Below the pieces are notes generated by a model. That model worked only from the letters and a program-made list of their open reading frames with translations, did no database searches and was not told the DNA's origin. Source: Candidatus Thorarchaeota archaeon (lineage in GTDB: Archaea > Asgardarchaeota > Thorarchaeia > Thorarchaeales > Thorarchaeaceae). From it: a stretch of 64,000 nt of DNA. A program made the position numbers and the translations under genes. Numbering within the stretch: position 1 is the first letter of the stretch; the number at the start of each line of letters is the position of its first letter. The stretch covers positions 32,001 to 96,000 of the forward strand of contig JAWAQK010000002.1 of the NCBI GenBank assembly GCA_038893995.1. The letters run 5' to 3'. Of this stretch, positions 51,241-61,148 are shown one piece after another.

Positions 51241-52380
51241 CTACTGCTGCACCCTGTCTTCTCCGTACCTTCTCGTGTCGTAGAATGGCCAATCAACTAC
51301 TCTCGCCTTTCTCACCCGACCCTTTATGTCTATCCCGACCTCGGCTCCTGTACTGACAGTATCAGGTTTGACGTATGCCATTCCAATGCCGTTCTCAAGA
51401 GTTGGCGAGAGGCCACCGCTTGTCACCTCCCCAATCTGAGTGTCATCCAATAGGACCGCATAATGCTGGCGCGGAATTCCTCTCTCTATCATTACTAACC
51501 CTATTCGTGTTTTCTTCCCTCCTTTCTCCTTGTGCTGCCTAACAATGTCGTATCCAATGTAGTGGGGTTCGACCTTGAATTTCACAGCGTAGGCTATTCG
51601 CGCCTCAATGGGGGAGGTGTCCTCATCGAGTTCATGGCCGTAGAGCACGAATCCCGCTTCCAGTCGGGTTGAGTCTCTTGCTCCCAGTCCACACGGCTTT
51701 ACTCCAAACTCGGCACCCTGGTGAAGTAGTTCCTCCCAGAATGATATCGCCTTATTCTTACCCTCGGCGGTCATTGGCGTGTCGAGAAGGAGGATCTCGC
51801 CCCCTGCTTCTCCTGTGTAACCCGTCCTGCACAGATAACAGTCGTAGCCCGCCAGCTTCAACCGGTGGCAGCTGAATCGTGGAAACTCACTCACATCTCT
51901 ACCCGCGAGCCTGGACAGTAGTTCTAGTGCTCTGGGTCCCTGAACGGCAATCATGCTGACCTCTGCAGATCTATCAATGACCTGCACATTGAAACCTCTT
52001 GAATGGTCGATCATGTGTCTGTAGATCTTTGGCCCGTTTGATGCATTTGTGACCCATATGTATTCCAGATCTCCCACACGGTATAACAACAGGTCGTCCA
52101 TTACCCCCCCTCTCTCGTTTAGGCAGGTAGAATAGTGCCCCTCCCCTACTTGCAGCTTGGTCACGTTATTTGTGGTCAGAGTTTGGAGAAACTCCGCAGA
52201 TTGCGGACCGCTGACAAAGAATCGGGACATATGACTGGTGTCGAATATACCTACACTGTTGCGGACCGCCATGTGCTCTTCCCGGATGTCTGTGTAACGG
52301 ACCGGCATTTCCCATCCGGCGAATTCTACCATGTCGGCATTGTTCACATGCCAGTCGTAGAGTTGTGTTCTCATAGGCAT
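51241..52380 (-). CDS. gcvT: Glycine cleavage system T protein (aminomethyltransferase)
   Basis: FAGWEMPV.Y, FD.SHM, RTGYTGE.G.E, GLGARD..RLEAG. Confidence 0.96.
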   Translation of the reverse strand: MPMRTQLYDWHVNNADMVEFAGWEMPVRYTDIREEHMAVRNSVGIFDTSHMSRFFVSGPQSAEFLQTLTTNNVTKLQVGEGHYSTCLNERGGVMDDLLLYRVGDLEYIWVTNASNGPKIYRHMIDHSRGFNVQVIDRSAEVSMIAVQGPRALELLSRLAGRDVSEFPRFSCHRLKLAGYDCYLCRTGYTGEAGGEILLLDTPMTAEGKNKAISFWEELLHQGAEFGVKPCGLGARDSTRLEAGFVLYGHELDEDTSPIEARIAYAVKFKVEPHYIGYDIVRQHKEKGGKKTRIGLVMIERGIPRQHYAVLLDDTQIGEVTSGGLSPTLENGIGMAYVKPDTVSTGAEVGIDIKGRVRKARVVDWPFYDTRRYGEDRVQQ

Positions 52381-52459
52381 TCATAGTCACCTTTATGATG
52401 GTTGTTCAATCATAGAACCGCAGCTGTGCCTCAAAACAGCGACTGACGAGGCATGTCAT

Positions 52460-53671
52460 TTGGTACTGTATAGGACAGTCACGATAAGGAAGCTCAGCTG
52501 TGGCCATGGACATGGCCCCCGTGTGATGGGCATCATGAATCTTTCGCCAGAGTCGTTCTATAAGGGTTCTGTATACTCCGACTCAGAGTCTATAGAAACA
52601 GCAGTCAGACGCATGGAGACGGAAGGCGCTGACATCATAGATGTTGGTGCCGCCTCTTCTGCTCCAGTCAACATCTATGCCACCTCCCCGATTTCCGGGG
52701 AACTGGAGGCAAGTAGAATTGAAGAAGCATTCCCCCGAATTAGGCAGCTGACGGAACTTCCAATATCTATTGATACCACATCTTCCCGGGTTGCCAGGAT
52801 CGCACTCGACCTCGGTGCAGACATGGTGAACGATGTGTCTGGACTCAGGGATGACCCAGAGATGGCATTACTTATTGCAGACAGAGGTGTTCCTGTGGTG
52901 ATCATGTCACGCTGCTCACCGCCATGTCATAGTCTTAATCAGGCACTGGAGGCGCTTTGTGAAAGCATTCGAATCGCAGGAGACGCAGGCATACACGACG
53001 ATCGCATCATCGTTGACCCGGGTATCGGCTTCGGAAAGCCTGCGGCGGTAGACCTCGACCTCGTGAAGTCTTTGGGCTCCTTCAAGATGCTTGGATATCC
53101 TCTCCTCGTAGGATTATCGAGAAAGGCATTTCTCGGTAGCATTGCCTGTTCATCGAGTCCAGATGAACGTCTCACTGAAACCATTGCAGCAACTGCCATC
53201 TCTGTGGCCTATGGTGCTGACATAGTCAGGTCACACGATGTTGCAGAAGCAAGAAAGGCAGTAAGAGTTGGTGCAGCACTGGCAACACATTCTCACCTCA
53301 CTTCGGGAAGTGTCGAGCTTGTAGATGCGCTCGACGAACAAGAGGCATCCGTCCTGTTGAAGAGGATTGGTGTGTCTCCCGAGGTGGTGCCGGCGCTGTC
53401 AAAAAAGTGCTCCACACTGAATGTCCTGGTATCTGGTGTGACTCCTTCTGCAGGTGTCGTGATGAAGCAGGAGATGCTGGCCGTAGGGGGGGACGCTGCC
53501 TATCACCATGGAACCATCGATCATTCAGTGGATTGCACAGATGTCCTTGTGATGGGTAATCGCCTTCAACTCAGCAAGCTGGCGAAGAGGCTTCTGAAGA
53601 TGACGTACTTCGGGCTGGACCGGATTGGTCGCGAGATTGCGGATGTTCTTGATGTCCACATCCAAAAGTGA
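52460..53671 (+). CDS. folP: Dihydropteroate synthase with C-terminal dihydropteroate-reductase-like domain
   Basis: VMGIMNLSPESF, ISIDT, NDVSG, DPGIGFGK, GLSRK, RSHDV; C-terminal KQEMLAVGGDAA...YFGL. Confidence 0.9.
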   Translation: MVLYRTVTIRKLSCGHGHGPRVMGIMNLSPESFYKGSVYSDSESIETAVRRMETEGADIIDVGAASSAPVNIYATSPISGELEASRIEEAFPRIRQLTELPISIDTTSSRVARIALDLGADMVNDVSGLRDDPEMALLIADRGVPVVIMSRCSPPCHSLNQALEALCESIRIAGDAGIHDDRIIVDPGIGFGKPAAVDLDLVKSLGSFKMLGYPLLVGLSRKAFLGSIACSSSPDERLTETIAATAISVAYGADIVRSHDVAEARKAVRVGAALATHSHLTSGSVELVDALDEQEASVLLKRIGVSPEVVPALSKKCSTLNVLVSGVTPSAGVVMKQEMLAVGGDAAYHHGTIDHSVDCTDVLVMGNRLQLSKLAKRLLKMTYFGLDRIGREIADVLDVHIQK

Positions 53672-53683
53672 GGTGACCTCCTG

Positions 53684-54382
53684 ATGAGGTGGTCCGAGTG
53701 GGAACCAACATATCGTGCCATTGCGAGGCGCCTTTCGCTTGACGTCTCTCTTGACTTCAAGGCTACTGAGATGCTGACTCAGATCCTCGCAGACCAGAGG
53801 CCAAGACGGGAATTTGAACATCTCAAACATATCATGACCGACAGAGATGTCGTCATATGTGGTGCTGGTCCCTCGCTTGACGACCATATTGAAACATTGC
53901 GGGCCAAGTCTGATCTCGAAAACTACACGATTGTGGCCGCAGATGGAGCTTACAGAGGCCTCCTTTCCCATGGTGTGAGGTGTGACCTGATCGTCACCGA
54001 CTTGGACGGAATTGATATTCTGCATCCACCTGAGTCACTTGTCATCGTTCATGCACACGGCGACAACATGCCTCTTCTGGAAAGATTTGTTTCCCAATTG
54101 GGGTTTGTCCTGGGTAGCACACAGGTGAAGCCCACTCCTCGAGTACACCTTTGGGGAGGCTTCACAGATGGAGACCGCGCCTGTCACATCGTCGCACACT
54201 ACCGTCCCCGACGAATCATACTTGCAGGAATGGACTTTGGAGTAACCGTTGGCCGTTGGTCCAAACCTGAGTTTGATCGGCCTCATCCTGCAAGCCGACG
54301 AAAGCAGATCAAGCTCGAGATCGCGAAGCAGTTGGTTCAAAGGGTTCTTTCTACCAGTAACGTAGCATTCACCTTTCTCTGA
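53684..54382 (+). CDS. mptE: 6-hydroxymethyl-7,8-dihydropterin pyrophosphokinase (MptE/DUF115)
   Basis: GAGPSL, AADGA, VTDLDG, VHAHGDN, GGFTDGDRA, GMDF. Confidence 0.92.
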   Translation: MRWSEWEPTYRAIARRLSLDVSLDFKATEMLTQILADQRPRREFEHLKHIMTDRDVVICGAGPSLDDHIETLRAKSDLENYTIVAADGAYRGLLSHGVRCDLIVTDLDGIDILHPPESLVIVHAHGDNMPLLERFVSQLGFVLGSTQVKPTPRVHLWGGFTDGDRACHIVAHYRPRRIILAGMDFGVTVGRWSKPEFDRPHPASRRKQIKLEIAKQLVQRVLSTSNVAFTFL

Positions 54383-54430
54383 CGAGTGCACCAGGATGAT
54401 TTCAGAAGATTCGTTTAGGTTCGGCGAGGT

Positions 54431-54847
54431 TCAACCATAGGCCGTCTTGAGGCTCATGAGGTACATCATTAGGACCACGGTGATACCGAGCATTAGGATT
54501 GCGATGAGCATGTACCGTGTAGCTCGGCCTGGTTGGAATACAAGTCTTGACGCATGATATAGCAAACCAAGGCCTAGCGATCCAAAGAATACAAGGACCG
54601 CCACAACAAATCCCTCAAGTCCAAGCTGGAAGTCCGGCGTGGGGTATACTACCACCGGTCCACTCGATCCACTGACGACCGCTGGTGGAGTCTTCACCAA
54701 TGCAAAGATGTTTCCTCCAACTACAAACACGTACAGAACGAATATGAACCCAAAGATGACCATGTCTGGAGGTCGCGATACAGTCCCCAGTTTGGGTCGT
54801 TTCAGATTCAGCCTTGGTCTTACTATGAATCGTGGCCACCATGGCAT
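54431..54847 (-). CDS. OST3/OST6-family (OSTC/DC2-like) 3-TM protein
   Basis: TM-GGNIF.LV..PP....G...P......Q...EG-TM-TM pattern as in DC2/OSTC. Confidence 0.8.
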   Translation of the reverse strand: MPWWPRFIVRPRLNLKRPKLGTVSRPPDMVIFGFIFVLYVFVVGGNIFALVKTPPAVVSGSSGPVVVYPTPDFQLGLEGFVVAVLVFFGSLGLGLLYHASRLVFQPGRATRYMLIAILMLGITVVLMMYLMSLKTAYG

Positions 54848-54934
54848 CTCCGAATGCCTCGAAGTGCGCCTTCATGAGGACGCTTTTAAGAATATCGCGA
54901 AGACTCGTCGCAAACTGTCACGGAGGAAATCTTC

Positions 54935-57049
54935 TTGTCGAGGACCCTGGTGATCTCTGAGAAACCATCGGCTGCGAGGCAAATTGCATACTCCCTCGAC
55001 CAGTACAACTCTCCCCGTAAGATCATCAGGGGTGGTGTATCGTACTACGAATGTAGACGTGACAGTGACATAGTCATCGTCGTCTATACATCGGGCCACC
55101 TGCTCGGATTGAAACAGAGAGAGCAGGGATGGTCTTACCCACGGATGGACGCAGAGTGGGTACCGATATACGCCCTGGATCGAAGGGCTTCAAGGGCCCG
55201 GGCCATTATCAACCTGATACAAGGCCTCTCTAAGGAAATTGATCAGATCGTTGTGGCAACAGACTATGACATGGAGGGGAGCTTGATCGGATACCTGACC
55301 GCAGTATATGTCTGTAATGCCGACCCTCGCAACACGAAGAGAATGAAGTTTTCATCTCTGACGAGAGAAGAGATTCTTAGCGCGTACAATTTCGCCTCTC
55401 CCTCCCTCGATCTCTCAACCATCAGGGCCGCCATTGTACGTCATTACGTCGACTGGCTATATGGCATAAACATGACACGTGCATTGACTCTTGCGCTCAA
55501 GAGGGTTTCTGGCAATTTCAAGATACTCTCAACAGGTCGAGTACAGGGGCCCGCCCTTGCATTGGTTGCCTCTCGCGAGCAGGCCATCAATACTTTCGTT
55601 CCTAGTCCTCGTTGGAAACTCCTGGTCCTGGGGGATGTCTGTGGACAAGAGATACAGCTTCAGTACAACGGTCAGATCGAAACACTCGATGAAATGCTAA
55701 AGATAATCGAAAAGCTCGATAGCTCGGGCTCCATCGTGCATGTGGACCAAAGACTGGCTCACATCCCCCCACCTCCACCGTTCAATCTCAGTACACTTCA
55801 GTCAGAGGCATTCCGACTCCTCGGGATTAGACCTAGTAAGACCCTTGAACTGGCGGAAAGTCTGTATCTTGATGCATTGATCTCCTATCCTCGCACAGAC
55901 AGCCAGCAGATACCTACAACAATTGACCTGAGCGAGATACTGACTGACCTCGGTAGGAACAATGCATATGCTCCATTGGTGCAGACGATCCTTGGCAGGG
56001 GAGGTCCGAGGCTGAGACCGGGACCCAGAACCGATCCTGCTCACCCTGCAATTCATCCGACGGGCAAGCTCCCATCCCGACGTCTGCATGGGCTCAAGGC
56101 TGACGTATATGACCTGGTGGTTAGAAGGTTCCTCTGTGCTCTTGACGAAGAGTCTGTGAAACAGATGATACGGGCCGATGTGAATATCGGCGGTCTTGTC
56201 TTGAGTACATGGAGCGAGCAGTTGCTGAAAAGAGGCTGGCAGAGCATCTATCTACCTGGAACGGCACGCGAGAATCGGGTGCTTCCACCTCTGAGCGAGG
56301 GCATGCATGTCAGAGTACTGTCGGTGATGTGCGAGAGGCTTGTGACCCATCCTCCCGCCAGATACAGTCCCTCTACTCTTGTCAAGGCACTTGAAAGCAA
56401 TGGACTGGGCACAAAGGGCACAAGGGCTGACATTGTTGATTGTCTGCTGTTGCGTGGGTACGTGCTAGATGACAAGTACCACATGTCAGCTCTGGGTCAT
56501 GCCCTCTTCGAAGCCCTCCTAGAGTACATTCCAGAGCTTCTGTCAACCAGTCTGACAAGGGCTCTTGAGGAGAAAATGGCCGAGATCCGAATCAATCAAC
56601 AGAACTGTGACGCGGTCATCAGGGAAGCAAAGGACCATTTACTTAGACTACTAGCTGAGTTGAAACTGAGAGAACAGGAGATAGGTACACTCCTGGCAGA
56701 GGCTCTGAGTATGTGTTGGGACGATCATGAGAGTTTCGGAAACTGCCCCAGGTGCGGCGTTGGTATCCTTAAGCTTGTACGATCGGGGTCAAAGTCCTTG
56801 GTCAAGTGTTCGGGTCAATCGGACGGAACCTGCGACCTGACGTTTCCAATGCCACGGAGAGGTCATATCATCCCAACCGGTCGGGTATGCAACTTCTGCA
56901 ACACTCCAATTGTGCAGGTCGTGTCTGGTCGCAGAACCTGGGAAACTTGTGTGGGATGGGTACAGTGTCCCGGTCGTCAGATCGAGTGTGATAACGTCAC
57001 TGAAAAAAGTCCGAAGAAACGGACTGTGAAAGGTCGGAATACTAAATGA
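54935..57049 (+). CDS. topA: Type IA DNA topoisomerase (archaeal TopA/Topo III) with C-terminal Zn ribbons
   Basis: ISEKPS, ATDYD.EG, STGRVQ.P, ISYPRT, AHPAIHPT, GLGTK.TR. Confidence 0.93.
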   Translation: MSRTLVISEKPSAARQIAYSLDQYNSPRKIIRGGVSYYECRRDSDIVIVVYTSGHLLGLKQREQGWSYPRMDAEWVPIYALDRRASRARAIINLIQGLSKEIDQIVVATDYDMEGSLIGYLTAVYVCNADPRNTKRMKFSSLTREEILSAYNFASPSLDLSTIRAAIVRHYVDWLYGINMTRALTLALKRVSGNFKILSTGRVQGPALALVASREQAINTFVPSPRWKLLVLGDVCGQEIQLQYNGQIETLDEMLKIIEKLDSSGSIVHVDQRLAHIPPPPPFNLSTLQSEAFRLLGIRPSKTLELAESLYLDALISYPRTDSQQIPTTIDLSEILTDLGRNNAYAPLVQTILGRGGPRLRPGPRTDPAHPAIHPTGKLPSRRLHGLKADVYDLVVRRFLCALDEESVKQMIRADVNIGGLVLSTWSEQLLKRGWQSIYLPGTARENRVLPPLSEGMHVRVLSVMCERLVTHPPARYSPSTLVKALESNGLGTKGTRADIVDCLLLRGYVLDDKYHMSALGHALFEALLEYIPELLSTSLTRALEEKMAEIRINQQNCDAVIREAKDHLLRLLAELKLREQEIGTLLAEALSMCWDDHESFGNCPRCGVGILKLVRSGSKSLVKCSGQSDGTCDLTFPMPRRGHIIPTGRVCNFCNTPIVQVVSGRRTWETCVGWVQCPGRQIECDNVTEKSPKKRTVKGRNTK

Positions 57050-57267
57050 GCCGATGCACAATATGCGGTAGAAGGTCCGTGCATGAACGACCTCTGTGTC
57101 GGTATCACAGTGCAGCCTACGACATCATTGAACGCAAGTTCAACGAATGGAAATGTGCCACGGGCTGCTCGTGGACGGAATACATCGATGAACTCCTTGA
57201 GATGGAGGAGACTGGAATATGGGTGCGAGATGTGCTGGACTGGATCAAGTCACAAAGTGATTCTTGA
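57046..57267 (+). CDS. Small Zn-binding hypothetical protein coupled to topA
   Basis: C..CGR....LC.YH motif, ETG.WV; ATGA overlap with topA. Confidence 0.65.
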   Translation: MSRCTICGRRSVHERPLCRYHSAAYDIIERKFNEWKCATGCSWTEYIDELLEMEETGIWVRDVLDWIKSQSDS

Positions 57268-57592
57268 GCACATGAGACGCCTCTAACATCGTCTGCCGAT
57301 CCATGTCTTTGACAGACATTATCAACATGCACATGGAGCCAGTCCATGCAGATACTCTCTCTGCCAATGCTCGCGCAATCATTATGTCTTGGCCTGTTCC
57401 AGACATCGCTGTGGATGTGGGTTCACGTTGACCCGGCTTTGATGGGACAGAGAAAACAGTTGCTCCAAAACGGAACGTTTCAGTGTCTGATATCATGACA
57501 AGCAGTCCATTGTCCATCCGGATGACCCTGAAGAACAGCGTCTTGCCTGTTGGGGTGTTCTCACTGAATTCTTGAATGCTTTGTAGGTCCAT
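57245..57592 (-). CDS. Proteasome assembly chaperone 4 (PAC4/PSMG4)-like protein
   Basis: FFRVIRMDNGLLVMIS...P.ST...G......A..LAER....T pattern matches the recalled PAC4 consensus. Confidence 0.7.
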   Translation of the reverse strand: MDLQSIQEFSENTPTGKTLFFRVIRMDNGLLVMISDTETFRFGATVFSVPSKPGQREPTSTAMSGTGQDIMIARALAERVSAWTGSMCMLIMSVKDMDRQTMLEASHVLKNHFVT

Positions 57593-57696
57593 TGAGATTG
57601 CTTTCCTGTCGTAGAATAAATCGTTGTTGGGACCGTTACGCGAGACAACACGGAATCAACATCATTATCTGCGTATATGCTCCCTCGCCCTGAAAG

Positions 57697-59640
57697 ATGA
57701 ACGTCAAGCAGTTCTCCCATCTGGACTTCTTTCCCTATTTGGATCCCCGAACTGGTCAGGTCGAATTGATGAAGGCAATCGAGAACGCAGTCAGAGATGG
57801 GAAGGACCTATGCTGTGAAGCCCCAAATGGATTTGGAAAGACCTGTGTGACCCTGTGTGGTGTTCTCCCGTGGGTCAAGGAGAACGATGCTAGAGTGCTC
57901 TATTGTGCCCGGACTCACACACAACTGGACCGTGTTGTGGAAGAAGTCAAGTCGATATGCGCGAAGCAGGGCGTGAGTGCAATCTCTTTCAGAGGCCGGC
58001 AACATATGTGCCTCAACAAGTACGCATTGCAGTTCTTTGATGGAGCAAGTGTCGGCGACATTTGCACTGAGTTACGGTCAGAATCACGATGTCCATTCTA
58101 CGACAAGAGCCGCCTTACATGGGCAGCTGACAGTATCCGCAGTAGCCATGAGACAGCTTGTCTGACGGCATCAGAGATTGTAGCTTTTGGGAGCAATCAC
58201 GACACTTGTCCATATGAGATTGCCAAGGAACTTGTCAAGAACACGGATGTTATTGCTCTATCCTACCTCTATGTCCTCGACCCTTTCATTGCTGAGACCT
58301 TCATGGTCGAACTTGACATTCCTGCATCGAGGTTGGTTCTGATACTTGATGAGGCTCACAATGTGCCCAGTACCGCGCTGGAGTCTGCGAGTGATTCGCT
58401 TAGTGTCGGCAGTGTGAAGGCTGCCATCCAGGAGTCAAGTACATACGATGACGCAGTTGCGGGGGACATCTGCAGAAGACTGGCCAGAATCATGATAGAC
58501 ACGTCATCTGCGATGGATGTCGGGGAGATGATAGTTGACCCGCAGCTGATCTACGATCAGATCATGCCACATTCCGCTGATGGGTCTGAATTGGACCCGC
58601 TGACTCACCTGACAGACCTTGGACTAGCAATAAGGAAAAGGGAGTTGAGAAACAACCGTGCCCCTCGTTCATCGGTGTACAGAGTCGCAAGTTTCCTGAC
58701 GAAGTGGGTGGCGGCAATCGAGAAGGGGGGTTATGGTTTCACAATTTCTTCAAGTCGCTCTTCTCAAGAGGGCGCGCAGACGGCACTCAACCTCATTGCG
58801 CTCGACCCCACCTCGGTAACGCTGCCAGTCTTGAGGCGTGTGAGGTGTACGGTGGCCGTTTCAGGGACTCTGTCCCCAGTTGAGTCCTATCGTGAGATGC
58901 TCGGTCTTGGTTCTCGGTGTATCACTATGACGTTTGGAAGTCCATTCTCCCGCGAAAGACGAATGTGCATAGTTGTAGATGGCATTGACACCTCATATGA
59001 ACACAGGCAAGAGTCACTCTACGAACGATTGGCGGAACATTGTGCTTCTGTCGCGAATGCGACCCCCGGAAACACAGGGGTGTTCACGTCAAGCTATCAG
59101 ATCCTAGAATCTCTCCTTACGGCTGGTCTCTCCAGGAGAGTAGATCGGAAACTGTTTGTGGAGAATCAGAAACTGGGTGGTCGGGACAACGATAGGCTAG
59201 TGGATGAATTCAAGAAGCTTGGATCCATGGGTGGTGCAGTCCTCCTCGGAGTTCAAGGAGGACGAAATTCGGAGGGCGGCGACTTTCCAGGTCCCTCCAT
59301 GGAGAGCGTAGTGGTAGTGGGCGTCCCTTACGCCAAACCAAATCCACGGACTGATCTGCTCATCGAGTACTTTGACACTCGATTTGAGGGGCGTGGCAGA
59401 GAATATGCCTATGTGATCCCCGCGATGACTCGATCAGTCCAGGCAGCAGGAAGGCCGATCAGAAGAGACACAGACAGAGGTGTAATTGTGTTTCTCGACA
59501 GGAGATTTGGGACTGACTATCTCAAGCGGTTCATGCCGATGTGGCTTAGAGAGGTGCTCGTTCATGCTCCAGACGACCCTGATACAGTCTATCAGATGGT
59601 CAGAGAATTCTTCAGTCGGGTTCGTCCAGTAGATCACTGA
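57697..59640 (+). CDS. xpd: XPD/Rad3-family Fe-S DNA helicase
   Basis: EAPNGFGKT, ARTH.Q, Fe-S cysteines (MC, IC, CPFY, CPY), DEAHN, SGTL, SEG.DF, QAAGR.IR. Confidence 0.93.
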   Translation: MNVKQFSHLDFFPYLDPRTGQVELMKAIENAVRDGKDLCCEAPNGFGKTCVTLCGVLPWVKENDARVLYCARTHTQLDRVVEEVKSICAKQGVSAISFRGRQHMCLNKYALQFFDGASVGDICTELRSESRCPFYDKSRLTWAADSIRSSHETACLTASEIVAFGSNHDTCPYEIAKELVKNTDVIALSYLYVLDPFIAETFMVELDIPASRLVLILDEAHNVPSTALESASDSLSVGSVKAAIQESSTYDDAVAGDICRRLARIMIDTSSAMDVGEMIVDPQLIYDQIMPHSADGSELDPLTHLTDLGLAIRKRELRNNRAPRSSVYRVASFLTKWVAAIEKGGYGFTISSSRSSQEGAQTALNLIALDPTSVTLPVLRRVRCTVAVSGTLSPVESYREMLGLGSRCITMTFGSPFSRERRMCIVVDGIDTSYEHRQESLYERLAEHCASVANATPGNTGVFTSSYQILESLLTAGLSRRVDRKLFVENQKLGGRDNDRLVDEFKKLGSMGGAVLLGVQGGRNSEGGDFPGPSMESVVVVGVPYAKPNPRTDLLIEYFDTRFEGRGREYAYVIPAMTRSVQAAGRPIRRDTDRGVIVFLDRRFGTDYLKRFMPMWLREVLVHAPDDPDTVYQMVREFFSRVRPVDH

Positions 59641-60370
59641 GTAACTTATGTCCCTCTACTATTGCCCTTGCATCCTCATTAGACAGGTGCCCCTTACCCT
59701 GTGTCAAGTAGGTATGAAGTCGTCTGATCGATTCCAGGTTTCCACTTCGGGTTGACACAACATAGTCGTTTCCACTCACACTTCGGCCTGTACGGTTTGC
59801 GATGAGGACCGCTGATGAAGAATCTGCCCCAGGTCCCACTGAAACGCTGGTGTTGCATTCGTTTACTATCTCTATGAGCGCCGTTTCTACATCCGATACC
59901 TCTCTGAGATACATCACTGCAAAAAGCTTGGAGCCCGTACCAATTCTGATCATTGTTCTACACATTGGAAACCTGCTCATGAGGTACTTGATCCAGTGCT
60001 TGGTTGTAGTAGCTGCGTCTGGGGGAGAGACTGCAGTGTGTTTCAGTATGACTGCCCTGTCTATCACCAAGGCGAGTCCGAACCTCATTCCAGGATCAAC
60101 CCCGATGACTATGGTGGATGGTGTCGATATCCCCCTCAACCTAAGCAGTATCTCCAACATCGTGATCTGGTCGTCGTTGTTCATGATCACGGTCCTGGGG
60201 TCCTGTTCCGAGGTTTCAACGTCATCTGTGAGAATGACTTGAGCATTCTGAAGTGCGGGGTCCTCCTGATCACAGACCGCGAAACTCACATCCATCTGCT
60301 TCAGTAGAGCAACCGCCCTGTAAAGGCTCCTGGGGTCTCTCGTCACAACGGCTACGTCTACTCTGAACAA
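59612..60370 (-). CDS. YqgF/RuvX-like RNase H-fold protein with N-terminal extension
   Basis: IGVDPG..FGLA, IRIG, VNE..TS, DSSSAVLIA. Confidence 0.6.
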   Translation of the reverse strand: MFRVDVAVVTRDPRSLYRAVALLKQMDVSFAVCDQEDPALQNAQVILTDDVETSEQDPRTVIMNNDDQITMLEILLRLRGISTPSTIVIGVDPGMRFGLALVIDRAVILKHTAVSPPDAATTTKHWIKYLMSRFPMCRTMIRIGTGSKLFAVMYLREVSDVETALIEIVNECNTSVSVGPGADSSSAVLIANRTGRSVSGNDYVVSTRSGNLESIRRLHTYLTQGKGHLSNEDARAIVEGHKLLSDLLDEPD

Positions 60371-60419
60371 GGCAGAACCCCTTTTCAGCTATCCTTATCA
60401 CTCATGCCTGATAAGACAG

Positions 60420-61121
60420 ATGTCAATGCCCAATTTGACTCTTCCGTCAGGTATACAGTCTTTGGATGAGCTGTTCGACGGAGGCCTTCCCTTCGGAAAG
60501 ATCACTCATGTTTTCGGCGAAGCAGCGTCAGGTAAGACGACGCTGGCACTGCAGTTTGTGAGCTCAGCATATACCTCCCATATCAAGAGTGTGATTGTAT
60601 ATACTGAACCATCTTCTCCCATTGAGCGACTAGAACAGATTACTGGACGCAGATATGAAGATCTTCAAGACATGGTCCTCCTGCTTGTTCCCAAGGACTT
60701 TCAACAACAGGGCATCGTGGTTGACGACTTGGAACTATACGCTGCTGACAGAAGGCTGATCGTTGTCGACACACTGACTCGCCTGTATCGGGTTGCTCTG
60801 AGCGACAAGGAATCTACATATGCTGCTCACAGGGAACTCAACCGACAGGTGGGCATGCTGAAGGGGCTTGCAAGATATCATGGGACTGCCGTTCTAGTAC
60901 TAAACCAGGTGCGAGCTCGTATGGGGGATGAGAACGACTTTGAACCTGTTGCCAGAAGCATAATGGAGTACTGGGAAGATCTCAGTGTCAAGATGCACAT
61001 GGGTGCTTTACCTGGCGAGAGAATTATAGAGCGCCTGATCCCCAAGACCAATAACTGTACTCGTCGTCTGGCTCTGACATCCCGAGGACTGCAAGACATG
61101 GCAGACGCATACAAACAGTGA
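60420..61121 (+). CDS. radB: DNA repair protein RadB
   Basis: SG...LDEL..GG, FGEAASGKT, IVVD.LT.LYR, LNQVR; no N-terminal HhH domain. Confidence 0.85.
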   Translation: MSMPNLTLPSGIQSLDELFDGGLPFGKITHVFGEAASGKTTLALQFVSSAYTSHIKSVIVYTEPSSPIERLEQITGRRYEDLQDMVLLLVPKDFQQQGIVVDDLELYAADRRLIVVDTLTRLYRVALSDKESTYAAHRELNRQVGMLKGLARYHGTAVLVLNQVRARMGDENDFEPVARSIMEYWEDLSVKMHMGALPGERIIERLIPKTNNCTRRLALTSRGLQDMADAYKQ

Positions 61122-61148
61122 AATGCAAGCTGATGGTGACTAGTCACA

